NCBI GenBank assembly: GCA_000002445.1
Contig: CP000071.1
Span: forward strand, 128,001 to 192,000
Direction: 5' to 3'
DNA from: Trypanosoma brucei
Taxonomy: Eukaryota
DNA: 64,000 nucleotides
This document shows, one piece after another, positions 1 to 10,845 of this stretch. Both the position numbers and the translations under genes were made by a program. Numbering within the stretch: the first letter of the stretch is position 1; every line of letters starts with the position of its first letter. Below the pieces are notes generated by a model. It searched no databases. It was not told the origin of the DNA and saw only the letters and a list, made by a program, of their open reading frames with translations.

Positions 1-299
1 TGGACTATTCCTGCGTCCGGTGCTTTTCCTGCTAGCTCCACTCTCGGCAATAAGGGGGGAAGTTGCAGAAGGGAGAGTGGGTTGTATGACTGTTACCTTA
101 GGTGAGGACTTCACCTGCGGCCGGCTCCGTTCAACCGCAATGAGAAACTGCGCCAGCCTTTTAGAGAAACATACATCCTGCACACACACTCCTTCTACCG
201 AAAACCTCACACGTAATTCCTTCAAACCTGGACAGCTCATCAGGTGCAGCAACATTTCTTCGCAGTCGCCGCGTTGGCTGGTAACAGCGCGCTCTACCT

Positions 300-2420
300 T
301 CATACCGTGCATCTTCTTTTGATGTAGGGTGAGGCCAGTTTTGCTAGCACACTGCCGTTCGCATGTCGGGCACACCAACATGGATGTGTTTGTATGCGGG
401 GAATCAGTGGCACGCAATTTTGTGCTTTTGCTGCATTTAAGCTCGACTCCCTCACCTTTGTGGAAAGCCTTACAGTGTCGGCTGAGGGAGTCCCTGCAAC
501 TGAGCACTTTTTGGCACACACTACACTGCACCTCCCTTTCCCCGGGATGTCAACGTTTCCCTCACGGGGACGCTTACGAGGGAATTGCACTACCATTACG
601 GTACCGTCCTCAGTCACTATGCTCTTATGTTTGAATTTCTTGTGTAGTGACAGGGAAGAACGTGTACCGAAGCTCGCCTCGCACAGGTCACATTGAAACA
701 GCAGCTTCCGTGTATCCTGAGAGGCTGGCGCTGCTGGGGCTCTACCATCTCCTTGCACTGAGTCTTCGTTCTCTCGTCCCCTTTTCACGCGGCAACTACC
801 GCTACCTATGTCATGTATTGTTCTAAGGTGGTGTAATAGTCGGCCTGGCACTGCGAATTTGGAGGCACAGATGGTACAATAAAGCACCTGTGGTCTCATC
901 GGGACTCGTGTGCTCGATGGTAGAGGAACGATCGCCACCACTGGAGGGGGCTCCGGGGGGATATCCACTGCAGGTGTTGCATCGCCGTATTTGATCTTCA
1001 AGAGGGCATCAGCTCGCACAAAGCCATGTTTGTTTACCATATGCGTTACAGCACTCGAGCGGCATTGGTATGTGGCATCACATTCCGTACATTTGGTCGG
1101 TTCGGAGGTTCTCTGAAGAGTGCGTGCCGCAACAGGTGGGGCTGTTTGTATTGTTGGTCCTATCGCTGCATGTTGCGGGTTACACCATCGGCACTGCGGG
1201 GGCACACTCGGGTTGATCTTTCGCAACATCCATCCATAGTGTCTTGAAGACCCAACCCGAAAGCGTGCCAGTGCCGTTTCTTCTTCCCTCGTCAGTTCTT
1301 CTTTATGTTTTGTTGGAAAGTGGTTGCCCGTGATACCAAACCTATGAGTGTTTTCATGGACTTCTTCCAACCTAAGCACTCGCTTCGCATAAGCAATGAT
1401 GTCGGGGATCCATGTGTCTCGCAATTGTGGTAAATATGCGGCCTTTTTGGCCATTTCATCGCAAACCTCATTCCGTTTCACGCCACAATGGCCAAACACA
1501 AATTGCAGTCGCATACGCAACTTCCTTCTCTGAACTTGAAGCAGAAGCCTCCATAGTCGTCTTAGAATTGGGTCCGTTACGGCTAGGGGGCCTGTCTGCA
1601 GTGCTGTTAACATTGACAGCGAGTCAGAGAAGATGGACAACCTGCTCGGTGTGCTTCTGTATACCGGAAGCCATTTCAGCAGCCGTTGCAGTCCTATCTC
1701 TAATGCTACGCATTCCGCTCTGTAACTGCATGAGAGTTCCCCTGCTCCGGACTCCTCACCGAGGGACACGGATCCATCAGTCCACAATTCGTAGTGCTTA
1801 CGTCGCGGCGGCTCCTTCCCCCTCCGTGCAAAATGCCGTTCAATCCACTTTTCGGAAGCCCCCCTTTTGACATCGTCAGGGTCATCAGCGCACACAGGCT
1901 TTATCTGCGTGTGAAATAGCGGTCGGCAGCTGTGGCGGAGCGTCGATGTCTCTAGTGGGTGCTCGCGTGGCTCAATGTGGAGGTGGGGGTAGGACCGCAT
2001 GATGCGGGAATGTAGGGCTCTGACTGGGTGTTTGCTGTGGTATACTTCTTCAGCACTGCGCCGCAAACATCCGCTTCGTGACTCACACATCAGCATGAAT
2101 TTCATGCTGTGCACAAGAGTGGCCGTCTTGAGTGGCAGGAGGTTTGCTTCCAGCAGAGAGTCCTCTTTGCGCGTCCCATGCGGTATGCCGGCTATGATGC
2201 AACTGGCTTTGTGTTGTGCTGATGCAAGGAGGTCGCGACTTCGTTTCGAAGCGTCCCAGTACCATACCTCAATGCCATACATGGTGTGTGCCTGTACGAG
2301 TGCTAGATAAAAAGCTCTCAGTACTTGTCGTCTTGGCCCCCATGTAGAAGCTGAGATGGCTGCTATCTGCAGTAGTCGGAAGTCCATCTTGCGTCTCGTT
2401 TCGGCCTCATGTGTTGCCAT
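300..2420 (-). CDS. ingi ORF segment: RT C-terminal region, RNase-H-like motif and C2H2 zinc finger; separated from the RT segment by a stop/frameshift.
   Basis: YELWTDGSV (RNase H-like) and the C2H2 finger CTECDATYQCRSSAVTHMVNKHGF. It is contiguous with the upstream RT ORF on the same strand. Confidence 0.6.
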   Translation of the reverse strand: MATHEAETRRKMDFRLLQIAAISASTWGPRRQVLRAFYLALVQAHTMYGIEVWYWDASKRSRDLLASAQHKASCIIAGIPHGTRKEDSLLEANLLPLKTATLVHSMKFMLMCESRSGCLRRSAEEVYHSKHPVRALHSRIMRSYPHLHIEPREHPLETSTLRHSCRPLFHTQIKPVCADDPDDVKRGASEKWIERHFARRGKEPPRRKHYELWTDGSVSLGEESGAGELSCSYRAECVALEIGLQRLLKWLPVYRSTPSRLSIFSDSLSMLTALQTGPLAVTDPILRRLWRLLLQVQRRKLRMRLQFVFGHCGVKRNEVCDEMAKKAAYLPQLRDTWIPDIIAYAKRVLRLEEVHENTHRFGITGNHFPTKHKEELTREEETALARFRVGSSRHYGWMLRKINPSVPPQCRWCNPQHAAIGPTIQTAPPVAARTLQRTSEPTKCTECDATYQCRSSAVTHMVNKHGFVRADALLKIKYGDATPAVDIPPEPPPVVAIVPLPSSTRVPMRPQVLYCTICASKFAVPGRLLHHLRTIHDIGSGSCRVKRGRENEDSVQGDGRAPAAPASQDTRKLLFQCDLCEASFGTRSSLSLHKKFKHKSIVTEDGTVMVVQFPRKRPREGNVDIPGKGRCSVVCAKKCSVAGTPSADTVRLSTKVRESSLNAAKAQNCVPLIPRIQTHPCWCARHANGSVLAKLASPYIKRRCTV

Positions 2421-2446
2421 CCCTTGCAGACACTGGAATGTTACTC

Positions 2447-3661
2447 CTAGAGAAGCTTCGGTGTCCTGTCAGCTCCTATTCTTTCGCCGTCCAGTTGCAA
2501 TGTAAGGGGGTGGCGCTCTATACACCCGAAGAGTGTGCACTTCGTTTTCGCTACGTTGACAGACATGAAGTACTCTTTTGACCACTGTAACACCACGTTT
2601 AGGCCGCATTGTAGTGTGTGGTTGATGACATCCCTCTCTGTGTGCCTGGCAAGTAGCGTCAGGTCGTATGCAAAGAATCCGTGCTGCAGTAACGGCACTT
2701 CTGCAAGGCGTTGGCTCAACGAGTTCATGACAATAATGAACATGATTGGGCCAAGGACAGTTCCTTGTGGCACTCCTCGCTCAAATGTTCTGCTGTTGGA
2801 AAGCTTCTCCCTGAATCTCACTCTGCCAGTTCGGTTACTCAGAAATGATACGCACCACTTCACAATGTGGGGTGATACCTTCATTCTGTGCATTTCCCTC
2901 GCAATTTTGTCGTGGTCTACTGTATCGAATGCCTTCTCGTAGTCGACAAATACAGCACCCGTAAGAGATTGGTGCGTGGGGCGGCAGAGGGCAGCGCGGA
3001 CGTGCAGGAGTTGTTCGAGCGTTGAGCATCCGGGGCGAAAGCCTGATTGCTGCGGCGTCAGCTGGGACTCAACAGTGTCTCTAAGCCTCGTGGCAATTAT
3101 GCGCTCCATGACTTTGCAGAGACAGCTCGTGAGCGTCACTGGCCTGTAAGAATCGAGGTCCTCCGCCTTTTTTCCGGCCTTCAGGATGGGGATGATAACA
3201 CCAGTCTTCCATGCAGGCGGCACGACTCCCGTTCGTAGGCTGTCATTGAATAGCCTCAGAACAACATTCAGCGCTGTTCTACCGAGATGTTGCAGTGCCT
3301 CGTTGTATAAGCAATCAGGTCCGGCTGCGGATCCACTCGGTAGCAGTTTGATCGATCTCCGTAGTTCAGCCATCGTGATGGGACTGAACTCACTCGCTAT
3401 CGTCTTTATGGGTGCAGGTGGGTGTGAGTCGGGGTGCCTTCTTGCGCGGGACGAGTACAGTTTACTGAACCTCTCAGCTTGACGGTAGTCCGTGATGGCC
3501 GCGTTATCAACAAGTACAGCCGGTGTGGTTAGTGGTCGTGGCGCATATACCTTCTTGACAATGTGCCAACTGCAGTGGTCTGACACTTCATGTCTGGAGC
3601 ATAGCGTGCTCCATCTCTTCTTTGTGGTACGGTCCAGGATCTGCTTACGCGTGGCTACCAA
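2447..3661 (-). CDS. ingi ORF segment: reverse-transcriptase domain
   Basis: RT motifs are present: YRPVTLTSCLCKVMERII, QSGFRPGCST, VFVDYEKAFDTVDHD, FAYDLTL (an FADD-box variant). Confidence 0.7.
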   Translation of the reverse strand: MVATRKQILDRTTKKRWSTLCSRHEVSDHCSWHIVKKVYAPRPLTTPAVLVDNAAITDYRQAERFSKLYSSRARRHPDSHPPAPIKTIASEFSPITMAELRRSIKLLPSGSAAGPDCLYNEALQHLGRTALNVVLRLFNDSLRTGVVPPAWKTGVIIPILKAGKKAEDLDSYRPVTLTSCLCKVMERIIATRLRDTVESQLTPQQSGFRPGCSTLEQLLHVRAALCRPTHQSLTGAVFVDYEKAFDTVDHDKIAREMHRMKVSPHIVKWCVSFLSNRTGRVRFREKLSNSRTFERGVPQGTVLGPIMFIIVMNSLSQRLAEVPLLQHGFFAYDLTLLARHTERDVINHTLQCGLNVVLQWSKEYFMSVNVAKTKCTLFGCIERHPLTLQLDGERIGADRTPKLL

Positions 3662-4845
3662 CTTTTCCCTTCGGTGGGAGGGTCCGCATCCAGCGATCTC
3701 TTCATCGAGTTTCGGGAGTGTATGTGTCCAATGCGGATGGCGGAGCTCAATTTCTGTTCCAGGGTGTTGACGTTCTTCTCTCTACCAATTTTCCTGCAGA
3801 GCTCGTCAACCTTGAGACGGAAATTCCTCCAGTTAGCTTTTAGCCATGCGTACATGGGCTTTCGAAGCCGCGGGCAACTCAGTGCATCTGTGTCGTCTCC
3901 AACGATAACGTCGAAAAATATGTGATGGCGATCGCTATCGGGAGAATACAGCGATGTCCACGTGTACACTGTGCAATTCCTTGACAGTGTCACATCAGGG
4001 CTGGACTCCCCGTGGTGGCGCGCGTACCTGGTGCACTCACCAGTGTTGCAGACCAGAAACTGGTTGTCAATGCACCACTGTGTGAGGGTTTCACCCTTGG
4101 TATTTGGTGGGCTCGCGCGATCCCATGCCAACGCGTGTGCGTTAGCGTCTGCACCGATGAGCTGGGCACCGTCAGTCGTTAGAAGCGTATCTAGGTCAGT
4201 TGCCGTGAAGGTGTGTTTTGGTGGGATGTATGCCGACGTGACAGTCAGCGCCGTTCCACGTGCAAGGTGAATTATTGCATGCACTTGTTCAATGCGACCA
4301 ACAACGGCTATACCGGTCTCGACTGGTAGGTCCTCCCTCACTAGTATTGATACACCACCTCCTTTGCAGTTACGAGCTATTCCGTGATGTTGGTAGCCAG
4401 CAACGCTAAAGCAAGCCGCCTCTCCAGGCGTCATCCTTGTCTCGCTCAACAGACAAAAGGCGATCCGCTCATCAACAAGGGTTTTGTGGAGTGCTAATCT
4501 CTTTCCTTGAGATAGCCCGGTGCAGTTCCACTGCATCCCTCGCAACGACGGGCCGGGATTCTCTTCCACATCACCGGACAGCAGCATCTTAGTGCGGATG
4601 ATACTGCTGATAGCACGCTGGCACGTGCCCAGGGACCGACAAATGAAAAACGGTGTCCCGGCAAGACGCCGCTGATCCCTGTTCTGTATGATGCCGTAGC
4701 CGGAGCACAGCAGTGTTCCCCATGAAAGGAACGCTGCTGGCTCTTGGCTTCGCCCGATGATACGGGGTACTGGACCCTGGCACCACGTTGAGGTGGCCGG
4801 CATCGCCAGGGGAAACACAAGCAACCAGATCACACCAAAGAACAA
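3655..4845 (-). CDS. ingi ORF segment: N-terminal 2A-like peptide plus apurinic/apyrimidinic endonuclease (EEP) domain. It is frameshifted relative to the RT segment.
   Basis: The translation contains LLSGDVEENPGP followed by an endonuclease-like domain (LSETRMTPGE..., SPDSDRHHIFFD). The ORF overlaps the next ORF at 3655-3661 in another frame. Confidence 0.65.
   Translation of the reverse strand: MFFGVIWLLVFPLAMPATSTWCQGPVPRIIGRSQEPAAFLSWGTLLCSGYGIIQNRDQRRLAGTPFFICRSLGTCQRAISSIIRTKMLLSGDVEENPGPSLRGMQWNCTGLSQGKRLALHKTLVDERIAFCLLSETRMTPGEAACFSVAGYQHHGIARNCKGGGVSILVREDLPVETGIAVVGRIEQVHAIIHLARGTALTVTSAYIPPKHTFTATDLDTLLTTDGAQLIGADANAHALAWDRASPPNTKGETLTQWCIDNQFLVCNTGECTRYARHHGESSPDVTLSRNCTVYTWTSLYSPDSDRHHIFFDVIVGDDTDALSCPRLRKPMYAWLKANWRNFRLKVDELCRKIGREKNVNTLEQKLSSAIRIGHIHSRNSMKRSLDADPPTEGKSW
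4549..4572 (-). other. 2A-type self-processing peptide motif DVEENPGP near the N-terminus of the ingi ORF
   Basis: The reverse complement of 4549-4572 is gatgtggaagagaatcccggcccg, which translates to D-V-E-E-N-P-G-P. A 2A sequence at the start of trypanosomatid L1Tc/ingi ORFs is established knowledge. Confidence 0.75.
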
Positions 4846-4896
4846 AAGCCGACACAGCTTAACGACATACTCAACGTCAACATGACGATTTCCTGA

Positions 4897-6199
4897 AGCT
4901 CACAGCAGACCCTGGTGGACAAAATAAAAGAAAAATGCGACTTCGCTACATTTAAGCAAGACGCCGGCGCATCTTTCAGAGATATCAACCGGGAGGAAGA
5001 CTCAGCGGACTGGAAAGACGCCAAAAGCTCGTGGAACGTAGCGAATCCCCTCACGGTACACGCTTTGCTGCTACATAGCTTCAGGAGCATCGTCAACAAC
5101 AGGGCCAACGAAGCTCTGAAAAAGTTCAAAGAGACGCAAGCGACCGGACTCGACACAAACCCCAACATAATAGAGCAGATTAACGAAGCTCGAACAAAAG
5201 CGGCGTGCGCGAGCGACGGTATGTACGATCCCGCAGCAAAGACATGCAAAGCATCACAGGGCAATACAATCACAAAAACGGCAGAATGCACACCAGACAA
5301 AGCCGGAACGAGCATCGGCCGCGACCTGATCTGCCTGTGAGCTTCGACTAACGGAGCGGAATGTACCGGCACACACTTCACGCAGGATCAGATCAGCGTC
5401 GGCAACATCGTAGCAACTGCGTGGGAAAAAACGGTTGCGAAGTGCCCAAAAGCAAACACAGATCTCTCTTTAGACGTGGCAATAGACATCGTGCTAGCAG
5501 CTGTCGCAGCGCAAATCGGTGTAAACTAAAACAGCGCAGCAACAGCGCATACGCTCACGGGTGGAACTTATTCAACGAGTTGCGCCAATGCCGGCAGCAA
5601 CTGCATAGACTATTCGTAACACTACACCGGCAGCACAAAAGGTTTCTACAGCATCCCATGGGCCGCTCAACTGACAGAGGCACGCAACCTTTACAAAATG
5701 TACCAGGAATTTGTTGAAAACAACAAGCGGCTGAAAGCAGAGGTAAAGAAACTAAAAGCAACGATATCAATCAGAACTACTCCGACAACCTCAATAATTC
5801 TCCGGCAATACAAACACGCCAACAGGAGAATCCAGCGGAACTAGGGGTGACGACAAGCCGCAGGTAGAATGTGGAAAGATAACAACGCCAGATAATTGCA
5901 AACCAGATATGGGATGTAAATATAACGAAACTCCTAACAAATGCGAAGAAGATCCTAAAAGCCATGTTGTTCAAGCGAACCAAGAAACTGGAAAGACAGA
6001 TGGGGGTGTAAAATACTTAGAATATGAAATGAAGAATAGATGTGAGGCTGTCAACAGGGATGACCAAAAGAATTGTAAATGGAGAAGAGGGAAAAGAGGA
6101 CGAAGATGACAAGGATAGAGAAGTGCCGAAATGGAAGTTTTCTCATCAATAAGAAAATAGCTCTGATGGCTGCTGCTTTTGTGAGTTTGTTGTTATGAC
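4897..6199 (+). pseudogene. VSG: Variant surface glycoprotein (VSG) pseudogene. The N-terminal-domain-like region and the C-terminal domain with GPI-signal tail are spread over at least three frames, with an in-frame TGA at 5338-5340. It is 5'-truncated where it abuts the ingi 5' end.
   Basis: The translation includes the VSG-like ...AECTPDKAGTSIGRDLICL*ASTNGAECTG... (frame 1, 4897-5528). Cys-rich CTD pieces (CGKITTPDNCKPDMGCKYNETPNKCEED, CEAVNRDDQKNCKW) occupy another frame. The terminal ...KCRNGSFLINKKIALMAAAFVSLLL* (ending 6199) is the classic VSG GPI-anchor signal tail. The VSG 3'UTR 16-mer lies 75 bp downstream. Confidence 0.8.
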
Positions 6200-6272
6200 A
6201 ATTTTTAAAAGGATTTTTGCCCGATTTTATAAAATCTGTTATTTGTGATAATTTGACATATTTCTTAATATA

Positions 6273-6288
6273 TGATATATTCTAACAC
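6273..6288 (+). promoter_or_regulatory. Conserved VSG 3'UTR 16-mer (TGATATATTCTAACAC; one mismatch to TGATATATTTTAACAC)
   Basis: Exact string read at 6273-6288, downstream of the VSG stop. The 16-mer is a known VSG mRNA stability element. Confidence 0.75.
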
Positions 6289-6456
6289 TCTTTGATGAAA
6301 ACCTAAAAATCAGTAGAACTCTTTAAAAATACGTATGAAACTTTTTTACGGGTGTAACTTAGTACGGTGATAAGGTAGGTTAATGATTGCTTTTTCAATG
6401 TATATCCATTTTGGTTTTTTATAGCTATTAGTGATAGCCATATTGTAATGGTAAGT

Positions 6457-6535
6457 ATAATAATAATAATGATAATAATGATAGGAGGGTGTATTGAGTG
6501 TGTATATACTAATTCTAATATTATAATAAATTGCT
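6457..6535 (+). repeat. Single 70-bp-repeat-like element (VSG-associated imperfect repeat): (TAA/TGA)n tract followed by a GGAGGGTGTATTGAGTGTGTATATAC...ATATTATAATAA core
   Basis: taataataataatgataataatgataggagggtgtattgagtgtgtatatactaattctaatattataataaa closely resembles my recollection of the T. brucei 70-bp repeat consensus (…TAATAATGATAGGAGAGTGTTGTGAGTGTGTATATACGAATATTATAATAAGAG…). The consensus is recalled, not aligned. Confidence 0.5.
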
Positions 6536-7692
6536 GTATAATATTGTGCATTTGCACGGCTGAGAATGGTATGTCTTGGTAAAGATTTCCTCGTTCACTC
6601 ACCCAGCATACCACCAAATCGTGCTCTTATGTGGTGCACAAACTTGTAATTTCTCTCTCAGAAAGAGACTTGTGAATATCATAAAGTAGTCACATTGTTG
6701 AAACACGGGTAAACACACGTATAAAAAATGCATATATTCATATATTTAACACATTTTGCGGTCTTATATCGTTTTTAATATCATAGATTGCCTATACTAT
6801 CCAGAGAGACAGCAATTCTCTTTCTAAACGGTTATTTACACGATGCATTTGGAACCTTCTTCAGTGTCAGCACACATATTATTTCCTGCGTCTTTGTAGA
6901 ACTCAAGGATGGTCAACTTATTTTATTCATATTTTAATTCACATATCGGAGGAACACACATTCAACTAAGCGCATGTCCATTAATTCTACCTACAGATAA
7001 TATTTTCAAAAGAAATCAGATGGAGGTATATTTCTTTTTACAGAATCATTTAATAACATATGCCGAAAAGCATGTATACAGTTAAAACAATTCTTGCTCA
7101 ATAAGCAACACGATATGGATATTTTGTCCTGAATCGGGAAATAAACCCATAAAATTACATTTTTACTTTTTGTCAGTTTATATGTGCACCAGCACCTCGC
7201 CATTCCCTCTTTTAAAATTAGATTTTCTAAAATTATTTCATAAATTATGAGAGAAAAGAAGAAAAACAATCTAGATTACCACACACACATACTCTGTCTC
7301 TCTCGTTCACACTATTATCAATTGTTTGATTTATTTAGAAGTGAATTATTGTTATTATTGATATTGTTTTTATTACTATAAAACATATATTGGTTCCTTC
7401 TTACACGCAAAGAGTGCGTCCTAAGATTTTTTCTCTGTAAATAGCACCTTCTCAAAAACTAACAACTTTATATCCCTTAAATTTCTCACCATCTTTATCG
7501 TTATCTCACACATTCACACTACTCTAATTTTCCCCTTTTCAGCTTAATTTCAAATATTGGTATTTCCTGTTTCTTTATTTTCTTAACATTTAGACATCAC
7601 CTTTTTTTGCCTGCATTAATGTCAATAAGGGATAGTATAACAAAATTATTATGGGGAAAAGATAAAGTGAGGAAAACAATCATCACGCGTGA

Positions 7693-8691
7693 TCACTCAG
7701 CGACATCAGCGAGAACCCGCCCACCGCGGCTGCGCACGAACTCCATGCGACGGGGCACAAGCACTGCGATCTCTTTACCAAAACGGAAAAAGACAGCAAC
7801 AGCGAGAAGTCCTGTGCCCATACCAATTAAGCTACCAGCAACTATATCAGCGAAGTGATGGCGGTTGTCACGTGTTCGTGAGATGGCGCAAGCACATGCG
7901 AGGTAAATTGGAGAAAGGCCAACGAGTGTTCGCCACACGGATGCTCCACTGAACGCGTGTAAAACCGAGAGGAAGTATAGGGCCATCGGTGTGCAGACGG
8001 AGAAAGCGCAACTACTGTGCCCTGAAGGAAATGAAAGCCTGCCATCCCTTGCTTTTGCAATGTCACAGAGATCTTTTGGATCTGTTCCTTCCGTAACGTT
8101 AGCCTTTTTCAATCTATCAAGAAAATCAGGACGGAGTCGGCCAGCATAAACCTTCAATATTTCCACCAAACAAACGGCCAAAATAATAGAAAATCCGTGC
8201 GCCAGAACCCAGTAATTGGTGGCTTCAAGACATGTCATAAGTCTCTTTGGATCATTCTCTTTGTTCCCTTCTGGCGATTCGTCGGGGTATCTTCCAGCCT
8301 TAGCAGCATTTGCGCCTTCAGACCTCTTCCCTTCTGGCTCCAACATCTCTACCCGCGTAGTGGCTCCGTCTATGAGTTGATCAGTTTCTTTCACATCCAA
8401 GTACCACTCACCCTTCCGAGCCAAACGCGCACGCAAGGCTTCGAACAGCAGATAAAGTCCAATAGGTATAAATTCCATGGAAAACAGTGTTCCTGAGGGG
8501 AATGTGGACTTCCCCTTCTTATGACTTATGTCCGTGTCATTCCATGAGAATGTTCGGCAAGGTGGGCGGACAGTCCTCATTCCATACACAACAGCCAGTG
8601 CAAATGTCACAAGTAGAATGTAGTCCAGCGCATGAAATACCTTTATGTAGTACACAAATTTTGCGAACCCTGTCTTACCATCATCTGCCAT
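7693..8691 (-). CDS. PAP2-family lipid phosphate phosphatase (phosphatidic-acid-phosphatase type 2), multi-pass membrane protein
   Basis: All three PAP2 signature motifs are present: KVYAGRLRPDF (KxxxxxxRP), SFPSGHSS (PSGH), SRTRDNRHHFADIVAG (SRxxxxxHxxxD). ATG verified at 8689-8691. Hydrophobic segments are present. Confidence 0.8.
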   Translation of the reverse strand: MADDGKTGFAKFVYYIKVFHALDYILLVTFALAVVYGMRTVRPPCRTFSWNDTDISHKKGKSTFPSGTLFSMEFIPIGLYLLFEALRARLARKGEWYLDVKETDQLIDGATTRVEMLEPEGKRSEGANAAKAGRYPDESPEGNKENDPKRLMTCLEATNYWVLAHGFSIILAVCLVEILKVYAGRLRPDFLDRLKKANVTEGTDPKDLCDIAKARDGRLSFPSGHSSCAFSVCTPMALYFLSVLHAFSGASVWRTLVGLSPIYLACACAISRTRDNRHHFADIVAGSLIGMGTGLLAVAVFFRFGKEIAVLVPRRMEFVRSRGGRVLADVAE

Positions 8692-10171
8692 CTTTTAACG
8701 CCTTGTTGTGCTCAATTAAGTAACGACGCTGCAAAACAGTTATCAAACAGCGGATAAAATAAAGGAGAACGGTACAAAGAATGCATGAACATATTCAAAT
8801 TCAAAAAAAAAGATTGCAACCCCTGCATGCAATACGCTTTAACTCAATATTCCGAAGCTTTTTATTGCTCTTTGTGGGATTGTCACTGGAAAGGTGTACT
8901 GTACGTATGCAACTTGATGATAATTCTATAAATCACATCATAGAATAAAAAGTCAAGCAGCATATAAATAAAACAGTGTTAAATCTAATTACAAGGCGTT
9001 TTTGGATACCTCCCGTGCATTTTCCATACTTCATAAGATCTGTAATGCATGTGTGTGAAGATATTATATATATATGCACTCCTATGCTCCCGATATGTCC
9101 AGGGACTGTGTAAATGAGGAAGAGGTATTCGCTGTTCCAGACTTCCTCCACAAGCACAGAAACCATATAATTCGCGATCACTTGTCCCTCCTATACAACA
9201 CTATCTCCTTACATCATCATTGTCATGGAGAAGAATGCTGCGCACACGGACATGCGCAACAGTTCTTTTCCACAACTAAAATACTAAAATCCCATAAAAA
9301 CAGCGAGTATACACTCATCGATACTCACACCAGCAGAGTCACACTACTAATTCCAACTGTAAATCTGTATAGTGGAGGAAGGGGCTGTCGTACAATGAAC
9401 CAAGTATCCTTAGCCCTCTTCAGCGGTCTGAACATAAACTCGGTTTTTGTGCAGCTTATCCGCATAGTGGGAAGAAAATGGTTTCCGCTTCACGCGTCCT
9501 CTGAAACACCATCTTTTCAATTATGCCAAGAACGTTACGCCTTTGTTTCAGGGTGTAGTGGGATACTTGCTTTACTATATCACTGATTAGTTTTATATTG
9601 AAAAAGAGTCTCTTGACTACTACCTTCTTTCCTGCAGCCGCCTCTGATCCAGACATTGTGCAGAGGTAATGTTGTCTAACGGAGAAGCATGAACCGTCAA
9701 TTTGAGAGTTGCTAATATCCTTTAATGGAAAAACCTACTATATTTGACCAACCATTTCAATTAAACTGTTGTGCTTAAATGTGGAAACCTGGCGCAGCGG
9801 TACGTACTTCACAGCGAGAAAAGAGTCCACATATTTGTGTTTAAGAGGAGAGAACATAGCATGTGTAGTTCAGATGCTAAACGCAAAGATACTTTAGCTC
9901 GATTTTGTTTAGCAGCAATAACATCAAAAATAAAAACAACGGATGAGCAAAAAGAGAAACGCATCTCCACGTGCAGCCTGTTAAACAGATATTTACAGCC
10001 ATCCAGAGGAAAACATTTCACCACAAATTTCAATTTTCAGCACCGCTAATAATCTGTCTAAAACAACCTCTAAAAATCAAAGATCGTAAACACAAATGAT
10101 TACCTTAATATTGTGTTGAATGACAATAAAAAATTGCTTTTCTAGACAACGATACTTCCACGCACCATCTT

Positions 10172-10845
10172 TTTAAACACTTGTAGTCCCCATAGTAGCT
10201 TCTAGCTTAATGATAGCGTACAACATAAAGAAATTCAATACATCCTTCTCCAAACATATATATATATATGTATGTGTGTGTTAATTTCCTTTAAACTTCA
10301 CTCCCCTCACTTCCTTATATACCAAACTTCCATACCTTATCTAACCCCATATGTTAAGTGTTACATTACTCCTAATTTTCAACGTTCCAGCAGTATTTCT
10401 TTCACGCTGTTCATAATTCTATAAGGCACCGCCCATCATATAGGGTAAACTATTTTTAACCTTTTAATTCTATTTTCTTACTTTGTACTATGTGTACATA
10501 GGTTATTATATGATGTATATGAAAATTGGTAAAAAGAAGCAACAGTTATATTCAATTCCGAGAACACCTCATGGTGTAAATATAAGTTTTTAAAACTAAT
10601 GATACCATTCGTTACGACACAAATATCCTCTCGAATATTACAACAATCTTATTTATACCTTTAAATTCTTAATAAATAAATAATTATATTATCGACAGTA
10701 TTTCGTGATTATTCTTTGACGAATTCTTTTGGTCCACCCATGACGTTACCGTCATACAACAATTTATTAAAAATAACATAAAATGCTTAGTAAAAAAAAG
10801 AAAATATTACCCTTATTTTCGTGTAATTTCCCATTGTTTCGCTTT
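10172..10845. repeat. Duplicated segment X, copy 1 (the 3' flank and last ~18 codons of gene A). The second copy is at 13218-13855.
   Basis: Near-identical strings in both copies: cttgta[g/a]tccccatagtagcttctagcttaatgatagcgtacaacataaagaaattcaatacatcc... through ...aaaatattacccttatttt. Confidence 0.8.

Larger units (their letters stand above)
1..4812 (-). mobile_element. ingi-type non-LTR (LINE) retrotransposon, 5' ~4.8 kb; its 3' end lies beyond the window start. Coding capacity is split over three frames, so this is probably a degenerate copy.
   Basis: Minus-strand ORFs are ordered 2A peptide + AP-endonuclease (3655-4845), reverse transcriptase (2447-3661), RT C-terminus / YELWTDGS RNase-H-like motif / C2H2 finger CTECDATYQCRSSAVTHMVNKH (300-2420). 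The trypanosomatid retroposon 5' signature, reverse complement of 4734-4812 = CCCTGGCGATGCCGGCCACCTCAACGTGGTGCCAGGG..., marks the 5' end. Confidence 0.85.

Noticed and set aside
5361-5717. 118-aa Arg/His-rich plus-strand ORF inside the VSG pseudogene
   Set aside because: It is an alternative frame of the VSG region without VSG-like features; a frame artefact of the decayed gene.
6303-6617. 104-aa minus-strand ORF containing IIIIIIII
   Set aside because: It is the antisense translation of the (TAA/TGA)n part of the 70-bp-type repeat; a repeat artefact.
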